Shown: positions 9,754 through 14,272 of the stretch, in pieces
Numbering within the stretch: the first letter of the stretch is position 1
How the letters are laid out: every line of letters begins with the position of its first letter
Sequence record: ON529858.1
Direction: 5' to 3' (one strand)
Length of the DNA stretch: 64,000 bases
The notes under the pieces: model-generated
Told to the model about the DNA's origin: nothing
What the model saw: only the letters and a program-made list of their open reading frames with translations
Databases searched by the model: none
Position numbers and translations under genes: made by a program

Positions 9754-9819
9754 ATGACGCACTTCCTGACCATTCGAGAGAGCGAGACCCACACGGGTCG
9801 AGATACGCGCGCCGCCTAG
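9754..9819 (+). CDS. Candidate leader peptide 1 (MTHFLTIRESETHTGRDTRAA, 21 aa)
   Basis: ATG ~7 nt after the -10 box; stop lies in the loop of a long hairpin that ends at TTTT just before tRNA-Glu. Confidence 0.5.
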   Translation: MTHFLTIRESETHTGRDTRAA

Positions 9820-9853
9820 ACAGCGGCACTCGTAGTCGACGGCCCGTGCTTTT

Positions 9854-9932
9854 GGAGCCGTCTTCTAAATGGACTAGGAAAACAGCCTTTCAAGCTGCTG
9901 AATGCGGGTTCGATCCCCGTCGGCTCTACCAA
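9854..9932 (+). tRNA. tRNA-Glu(TTC), irregular anticodon arm
   Basis: Acceptor GGAGCCG/CGGCTCT; CAGC-CTTTTCAA-GCTG gives an 8-nt loop or a bulged stem; ACCA end. Confidence 0.8.
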
Positions 9933-9963
9933 AGCACTCTACGAAAACGCTGCTCATCTTTAT

Positions 9964-10038
9964 GGTGCGCTCTTCTATCGGTTAAGAACACCCGTTGTCT
10001 GCGGGAAAAGCGGGGTTCGATTCCCCGGCGCATCGCCA
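9964..10038 (+). tRNA. tRNA-Asp(GTC)
   Basis: Acceptor GGTGCGC/GCGCATC; CCCG-TTGTCTG-CGGG; GCCA end. Confidence 0.88.
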
Positions 10039-10179
10039 CCTTTTTCGTGCCTACCCTCACTTTTGTTCTTGACGAACGTCGTCAATCGTGAGACACGTCG
10101 ATCCAACAACACCGGTCACGCCTCTCTTCGATGCGCCTCAGATCGGTTTCTCCTTTCATCCTTCGCAGGAACCTTCATC

Positions 10180-10308
10180 GTGACCACCCTGTCGCACAAG
10201 CTGAGCCTGAAGAGCGCCCCGTCGGCGTTGCTTTCGCTCGCCCATGCGCCGGCCACGCTGAAGTCCACCCCCGCCACCGTGGCGTCCACCTCGGAGACCT
10301 TCTCGTAA
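10180..10308 (+). CDS. Leader peptide 2 (42 aa; Thr/Leu/Ser/His/Lys/Ala/Pro sensor)
   Basis: AGGA RBS at 10167, GTG start; MTTLSHKLSLKSAPSALLSLAHAPATLKSTPATVASTSETFS. Residues 2-33 all belong to the 7 amino acids of the downstream tRNA block. Confidence 0.8.
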   Translation: MTTLSHKLSLKSAPSALLSLAHAPATLKSTPATVASTSETFS

Positions 10309-10374
10309 GGTCTCAGCAGGTGGCGCCCCCTGGGGCCTCACCTGCGAAATGCTTCCCAAGCACCCAGCAGTTGT

Positions 10375-10408
10375 AGGTCCCAGGCGCCAGCCTCGGGGCC
10401 TTTTTCTT
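10375..10408 (+). terminator. Intrinsic terminator (attenuator) upstream of tRNA block 2
   Basis: AGGTCCCAGG-CGCCAG-CCT(C)GGGGCCT followed by TTTTCTT. The 5' arm can alternatively pair with CCTGGGGCCT at 10329-10338. Confidence 0.75.
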
Positions 10409-10420
10409 GTCCAAAATCAA

Positions 10421-10497
10421 CGGTGTTTAGCGCAGTCTGGTAGCGCACTCGGTCCGGAACCGAGGGGTCGCAGGTTCAAATCCTGCAACGCCGACCA
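10421..10497 (+). tRNA. tRNA-Pro(CGG)
   Basis: CTCGG-TCCGGAA-CCGAG (C33, A37); C1-G72, A73, CCA. Confidence 0.88.
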
Positions 10498-10505
10498 TCC
10501 ATCAT

Positions 10506-10580
10506 CTGGGTCTGGCCGAACGGTTAGGCACCTCGTTTGGGGCGAGGACTATGCGGGTTCGAGCCCTGCGGCCCAGACCA
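10506..10580 (+). tRNA. tRNA-Pro(TGG)
   Basis: CCTCG-TTTGGGG-CGAGG; acceptor CTGGGTC/GGCCCAG; ACCA end. Confidence 0.9.
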
Positions 10581-10588
10581 TCTTCAAC

Positions 10589-10665
10589 CGGTGTTTAGCG
10601 CAGTCTGGTAGCGCACTTGCTCGGGAAGCAAGGGGTCGCAGGTTCAAATCCTGCAACGCCGACCA
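10589..10665 (+). tRNA. tRNA-Pro(GGG)
   Basis: CTTGC-TCGGGAA-GCAAG; otherwise identical to 10421-10497 (duplication with a different anticodon arm). Confidence 0.88.
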
Positions 10666-10671
10666 ACAAAT

Positions 10672-10744
10672 GCCATGGCCTCGGGATTGGGGCCGGCCCC
10701 TTGGTATGGGGAAGAGCAGGGTTCGAGTCCCTGCCATGGCTCCA
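10672..10744 (+). tRNA. tRNA-Thr(GGT)
   Basis: Acceptor GCCATGG/CCATGGC; CCCC-TTGGTAT-GGGG; TCCA end. Confidence 0.82.
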
Positions 10745-10752
10745 AGTTTCAT

Positions 10753-10823
10753 GCCTGCGCCTCGTGGGAGGTCGGCCCTTTCGTAGTGGGCCAGCGAGGG
10801 TTCGACACCGTCCGCAGGCTCCA
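10753..10823 (+). tRNA. tRNA-Thr(CGT), compact D arm
   Basis: Acceptor GCCTGCG/CGCAGGC; GCCCT-TTCGTAG-TGGGC; same G1-C72, C2-G71, U73 as the adjacent Thr tRNA. Confidence 0.72.
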
Positions 10824-10893
10824 TCATCAACCAACGAGCCTGAGAGGCAGGCAGCGATCTTAGCCCACACACCGGCGGATCGCAACAAGATAC

Positions 10894-10982
10894 GGACGTG
10901 TAAACCCCTAGCGGCGATGGGTGCGGGCTCTTAATCCGCTGTCGAAAGACCACCGTGAGTTCGAGTCTCACCACGTTCTCCA
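10894..10982 (+). tRNA. tRNA-Lys(CTT) with long variable arm
   Basis: Acceptor GGACGTG/CACGTTC; GCGGG-CTCTTAA-TCCGC; variable arm GTC-GAAA-GAC; U73. Confidence 0.82.
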
Positions 10983-10984
10983 TC

Positions 10985-11053
10985 ATGTTCCCGATCGGGA
11001 TCATCTCGTGCCGGCGCCGTCGAAAGCGCCCCGGATGTTCCCGATCGGGATCA
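10985..11053 (+). repeat. 19-bp direct repeat ATGTTCCCGATCGGGATCA, two copies, each with a 12-bp palindrome
   Basis: Exact copies at 10985-11003 and 11035-11053. Confidence 0.85.
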
Positions 11054-11063
11054 CACAGATCAT

Positions 11064-11148
11064 CCCGGTCTGGCGAAGTAGTAGACGCGCTGTCCTCAGA
11101 AGGCAGTGTCCTTGTGACGGGAGGGTGCGAGTCCCTCGACCGGGACCA
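11064..11148 (+). tRNA. tRNA-Leu(CAG)
   Basis: CTGTC-CTCAGAA-GGCAG; long variable arm; T-loop TGCGAGT; A73. Confidence 0.87.
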
Positions 11149-11156
11149 ACATCTCT

Positions 11157-11242
11157 GCCCGACTGGTCGGAATCGGTAGACGCAGCGACCTCAAAAGTCG
11201 TGGCCTTCGGGCGTCCCGGTTCAAGTCCGGGGTCGGGCACCA
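11157..11242 (+). tRNA. tRNA-Leu(CAA)
   Basis: GCGAC-CTCAAAA-GTCGT; long variable arm; ACCA end. Confidence 0.92.
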
Positions 11243-11250
11243 AACCTCAT

Positions 11251-11335
11251 CCTGGGGTGACGAAGCTGGTAGACGTGGCGGTCTGAGAGGCCGCTGTCGA
11301 AAGACGGGCGGGTTCGAATCCCGCTCCCAGGACCA
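11251..11335 (+). tRNA. tRNA-Leu(GAG)
   Basis: GCGGT-CTGAGAG-GCCGC; long variable arm; ACCA end. Confidence 0.9.
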
Positions 11336-11346
11336 AGGGTTTCTAT

Positions 11347-11419
11347 GCTGTCAGGCGCTTGGTGCGCAGGCTGGGTTGTGTCCCCGGTCGGTTGGGTTCG
11401 AAACCTAATGACAGTGCCA
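11347..11419 (+). tRNA. tRNA-His(GTG), no encoded G-1
   Basis: Acceptor GCTGTCA/TGACAGT; CTGGG-TTGTGTC-CCCGG. Absence of G-1 is an established trait of tRNA-His in several alphaproteobacterial orders including Caulobacterales. Confidence 0.78.
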
Positions 11420-11425
11420 TTTCAT

Positions 11426-11499
11426 GGGGTTGGGGCTTGGGTCCCAGGTTCGTTTTGCAAACCTACCGTGTCGGGTTCGAATCCCGATGACTCCACCAA
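11426..11499 (+). tRNA. tRNA-Ala(TGC), irregular anticodon stem
   Basis: Acceptor GGGGTTG/TGACTCC gives G3:U70 and A73 (Ala identity); loop TTTGCAA closed by GT/AC within a mismatched stem. Confidence 0.65.
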
Positions 11500-11564
11500 C
11501 ACGGCGCCGGGCACGGCGCCACCGTTCGCTGACATCGCGAGATGTTCGCGATCGACGACATCAT

Positions 11565-11654
11565 GGAAGGCTGGCTGAGTCCGGTTTAAGGCACCGGTTT
11601 CGAAAACCGGCGGACCGAAAGGTCCCGTGGGTTCGAATCCCACGCCTTCCTCCA
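11565..11654 (+). tRNA. tRNA-Ser(CGA)
   Basis: CCGGT-TTCGAAA-ACCGG; long variable arm GGACC-GAAA-GGTCC; U73. Confidence 0.9.
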
Positions 11655-11660
11655 CATCAT

Positions 11661-11750
11661 GGTAGGCTGGCTGAGTCTGGCTGAAGGCACCCGCCCGGAA
11701 AGCGGACAGACCGCAAGGTCTCCAGGGTTCAAATCCCTGGCCTACCTCCA
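11661..11750 (+). tRNA. tRNA-Ser(GGA)
   Basis: CCGC-CCGGAAA-GCGG (C33); long variable arm; U73. Confidence 0.87.
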
Positions 11751-11883
11751 AGCTGGGTCCCAGCACCGACGGCGCCCTTCAAGCGCCGGGTCTGCTGGGG
11801 GCAAGAGCCCGAGCCGTTGCTGACACCCCTATCGTGTGGGGACGTAAGGCACACGAGGCCGGCGGGCTGCGCCCTTGTATCAC

Positions 11884-11970
11884 GGATGGTGAACCCTGGG
11901 CGGCCAGGGCGCCGGTTGCTAACCGAACGGAGCCGCAAGGCCTGGGGTTCGAGTCCTCCGCCATCCGCCA
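11884..11970 (+). tRNA. tRNA-Ser(GCT)
   Basis: Acceptor GGATGGT/GCCATCC; loop TTGCTAA; long variable arm; GCCA followed by a T-tract. Confidence 0.85.
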
Positions 11971-11986
11971 CTTTTTTCGCAACAAT

Positions 11987-12029
11987 CTACGTCGCGGATG
12001 TTGACGCCCGCCGGGCGCTCTGGCATCAA
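11987..12029 (+). promoter_or_regulatory. Promoter motif upstream of candidate ncRNA and def
   Basis: ACGTC-GCGGATGTT-GACGC with TTGACG at 12001-12006; the -10 box is weak. Confidence 0.55.
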
Positions 12030-12435
12030 GGTCCCAGGTCGAAGCGGCCGGCAGGTTTCACCTCCCACCGCCCAGCGAGACCTCAGTGTGGAGTTCTTGG
12101 TTGCCTCTCCCGAACAAGGGCGACCACAAAATCACGGTCCGTCCGGGGGTCACCGGACGGGGTAACTCGACGGGTTGATCCTCCGGCTGAGCCACCCGAC
12201 TACCGCGTGCGCTCAGACAGGTCCTGGGTCGCAGAGTCCTAGCCCTGTCCCCTGCTGCTAGGCTGGGGTTCAATGGAACCAGGGCCGTTCTGAGCGCACG
12301 CGGTTCAATAGCTTCGGCAGAGCATGAGGGTGGATTGGGGCCGTGACTCCCCGGTCCGGCGCCGTCACGGGCGCACATGCGCTCCGCCCGCAGTGGTGGA
12401 GAGAACCCGGTTCGAGTCCGGGGCCGAGGACCGCA
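12030..12435 (+). ncRNA. Candidate ~400-nt structured ncRNA ending in a tRNA-like T arm
   Basis: Perfect 16-bp helix 12202-12217/12289-12304; several hairpins; CCCGG-TTCGAGT-CCGGG at 12406-12422; no convincing ORF. Confidence 0.55.
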
Positions 12436-12449
12436 CAGGAGAAGACCCG

Positions 12450-13001
12450 TTGATACGCCCGATCGTCTCTTGCACCGATCCCTTCCTCCGCATCCCGTCC
12501 GTCGAGATCGCCACGATCACCCAGGACGTCCGCGACCTCGCCCGCGATCTGGTCGAGACCGCCCTGCACCATGAGGCCGCCGGCATCGCCGCGCCCCAGG
12601 TCGGCGCCGGCCTGCGCATGGTCTGCTACATCGACGTCCCCGGCGCCACGAACCTGCCCCAGGTCCACCTCAAGCAGTTCTGGAAGCCGACGATCCTGAT
12701 TAACCCCGTGATCTCCAAGGCCTCCGAGGCGATGATCGAGTGGGATGAGGGATGCCTGTCGATGCCGGGCTCCTACTTCCCCGTCAGCCGCCACCGCCTG
12801 ATCGACGTCAGCTACACCGACCTCAACGGCGAGACCCAGACCATCACCGACGCCGGCGGCTACAAGGCCATCTGCCTCCAGCACGAGATCGACCACCTCG
12901 ACGGCATCTTGAACATCGACCGCATCGTCGGCCCGCTCAAGAAGGCTATGATCATGACCTCCTGGCGCAAGGCCCAGCGCCGCGCCCAGCGGGCCGCCTG
13001 A
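12450..13001 (+). CDS. def: Peptide deformylase (183 aa)
   Basis: AGGAG RBS with TTG start; motifs GIAAPQVG, EGCLS and QHEIDHLDG (HEXXH). Confidence 0.95.
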   Translation: MIRPIVSCTDPFLRIPSVEIATITQDVRDLARDLVETALHHEAAGIAAPQVGAGLRMVCYIDVPGATNLPQVHLKQFWKPTILINPVISKASEAMIEWDEGCLSMPGSYFPVSRHRLIDVSYTDLNGETQTITDAGGYKAICLQHEIDHLDGILNIDRIVGPLKKAMIMTSWRKAQRRAQRAA

Positions 13002-13017
13002 AACTTTTTCTGAAAAA

Positions 13018-13060
13018 GTTCGTCGTTGTTCTTGACGAACCGATCCACTTAGTGTAGACA
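13018..13060 (+). promoter_or_regulatory. Promoter for tRNA block 3
   Basis: GTTCGTC-N9-GACGAAC perfect inverted repeat; TTGACG(13032)-N17-TAGACA(13055). Predicted start site at ATG 13068 (leaderless). Confidence 0.8.
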
Positions 13061-13067
13061 TCGCTTC

Positions 13068-13163
13068 ATGACCTCCTATCGCCAAAACGTGCAGAACATT
13101 CGAGTCGTCCGGTTTAACCGGACGGGCCGTTCGCATGTGCGTGATAGTGGGACCCAGATTTAG
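13068..13163 (+). CDS. Leader peptide 3 (31 aa; Tyr/Arg/Gln/Asn/Val/Ile/Phe sensor)
   Basis: MTSYRQNVQNIRVVRFNRTGRSHVRDSGTQI; residues 4-18 all belong to the 7 amino acids of the downstream tRNA block. Confidence 0.82.
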   Translation: MTSYRQNVQNIRVVRFNRTGRSHVRDSGTQI

Positions 13164-13195
13164 GGTCGTAGACCCCACCCTCCACCGCTTCGAAT

Positions 13196-13230
13196 GGCCC
13201 GTCTGGTAACCCAGGCGGGCCTTTTCTTTT
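13196..13230 (+). terminator. Intrinsic terminator (attenuator) upstream of tRNA block 3
   Basis: GGCCCGTCTGG-TAAC-CCAGGCGGGCC followed by TTTTCTTTT. The 5' arm is complementary over 11 bp to CCGGACGGGCC (13118-13128) inside the leader ORF. Confidence 0.85.
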
Positions 13231-13266
13231 GTCCAAAATCCTCAAGGAAAACATCAAGATCACCCT

Positions 13267-13349
13267 GGGTGGTGAAAGTCAGTTGGCTCTGACAGCGGTC
13301 TGTAACACCGCGCCGCAAGGGAGGGGTTCGATGCCCTCACCACCCACCA
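13267..13349 (+). tRNA. tRNA-Tyr(GTA)
   Basis: GCGGT-CTGTAAC-ACCGC; acceptor GGGTGGT/ACCACCC; ACCA end. Confidence 0.85.
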
Positions 13350-13350
13350 C

Positions 13351-13425
13351 CGTTCCATAGCTGAGATAGAATAGCGCGGGCTTGAAAACCCCGAGACGGA
13401 GATGCGAACGCTCCTGGGACGGCCA
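13351..13425 (+). tRNA. tRNA-Phe(GAA)
   Basis: Loop TTGAAAA; acceptor CGTTCCA/TGGGACG; atypical T-loop TGCGAAC and G73. Confidence 0.75.
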
Positions 13426-13441
13426 ACATTTCGAACTTCGA

Positions 13442-13516
13442 AGCGCTTTAGCCAAGTAGAAAGGCACGGCTGTGACATGGCCGCACGCGCTGGTGCGATT
13501 CCAGCAAGCGCTACCA
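13442..13516 (+). tRNA. tRNA-Val(GAC)
   Basis: CGGCT-GTGACAT-GGCCG; acceptor AGCGCTT/AAGCGCT; T-loop TGCGATT. Confidence 0.85.
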
Positions 13517-13521
13517 AGTTT

Positions 13522-13595
13522 TCTCTCGTAGCATAAAAGTGATGCGAGCGGCTGATAACCGCTAGAAGAAGGTGCGATACCTTCCGGGAGGACCA
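13522..13595 (+). tRNA. tRNA-Ile(GAT)
   Basis: AGCGG-CTGATAA-CCGCT; T-loop TGCGATA; ACCA end. Confidence 0.87.
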
Positions 13596-13661
13596 AATCG
13601 GCCGGGGATGCTTCCCCGGCCCTCATCAACGCTTAGATCGAAAGGTCAACGACTAAACCAC

Positions 13662-13736
13662 AGCGTGTTAGGCAAGTAGAAATCCGGGGGTGTCACATAC
13701 CTCTATGCGAGGGTGCGATTCCTTCACACGCTACCA
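13662..13736 (+). tRNA. tRNA-Val(CAC)
   Basis: GGGGT-GTCACAT-ACCTC; acceptor AGCGTGT/ACACGCT. Confidence 0.83.
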
Positions 13737-13751
13737 ACTATACTTCTGTGA

Positions 13752-13829
13752 TGCCGGGTGGCGGAACTGGTAGACGCAGCACGCTTTGAACGTGTATAAC
13801 TGTGGGTTCGAGTCCTACGCCGGCAGCCA
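13752..13829 (+). tRNA. tRNA-Gln(TTG)
   Basis: GCACG-CTTTGAA-CGTGT; U1-A72, G73. Confidence 0.85.
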
Positions 13830-13884
13830 GAAGTATCGACGAAGTCTAGTCCGCTCTAAGGACTGAAGATCGTGAGGGTTTTGT

Positions 13885-13970
13885 TTGCTCGTGGCGGAAG
13901 CGGGTAGACGTGCCGGACTGTTAATCCGGGGCCGAAAGGCGTGCAGGTTCGAGGCCTGCCGGGCAAGCCA
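13885..13970 (+). tRNA. tRNA-Asn(GTT) with long variable arm
   Basis: CCGGA-CTGTTAA-TCCGG; variable arm GCC-GAAA-GGC; GCCA end. Confidence 0.85.
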
Positions 13971-13988
13971 AACCCTCATCAAGATCAC

Positions 13989-14071
13989 GTCGCTCTAACC
14001 GGGCCGGTCTACGAAACCGGTCGCCGTAGCTGGAGTTGAAAAGGGTGGTTCGAGTCCACTGAGCGACGCCA
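13989..14071 (+). tRNA. Atypical tRNA-Arg(ACG): no D arm, 23-nt variable region
   Basis: Acceptor GTCGCTC/GAGCGAC; CCGGT-CTACGAA-ACCGG; canonical T arm; GCCA end. Confidence 0.65.
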
Positions 14072-14090
14072 TACTTTCGAGCCGACCAAC

Positions 14091-14165
14091 GCGCCCAGGT
14101 GGTCCAGTTAGTGGGCGCCGGGCAGTCTACCCGGAGGGTGCGGCGAACATCCGCTCACGGGCGCA
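14091..14165 (+). pseudogene. tRNA-like cloverleaf without a T-loop consensus or CCA (Asp-like GTC loop)
   Basis: GCGCCC/GGGCGC terminal helix; GTCC/GGGC arm; CCGGG-CAGTCTA-CCCGG; GCGG-CGAACAT-CCGC; abuts the next tRNA. Confidence 0.4.
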
Positions 14166-14265
14166 GTCCCGGCTCGATCCACGTCTCGGTAACCGGTCCG
14201 GCTTCCGAAGCCGGGAGCCGTAGCTGGAGTTGAGAAGGGTGGTTCGAACCCACTCCGGGACGCCA
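14166..14265 (+). tRNA. Atypical tRNA-Arg(CCG), 100 nt
   Basis: Acceptor GTCCCGG/CCGGGAC; CCGGC-TTCCGAA-GCCGG; shares the variable segment GCCGTAGCTGGAGTTGA with Arg(ACG). Confidence 0.65.
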
Positions 14266-14272
14266 TCAACAT

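Noticed and set aside
11426-11499. Reading this tRNA as Cys(GCA)
   Set aside because: G3:U70 and A73 indicate Ala, and the TTTGCAA loop centres on TGC.
12030-12435. tmRNA, T-box or group I intron assignment
   Set aside because: No G3:U70 acceptor or tag ORF; AGGGTGG lacks the rest of the T-box bulge and specifier stem; P7/P3 core could not be assembled.
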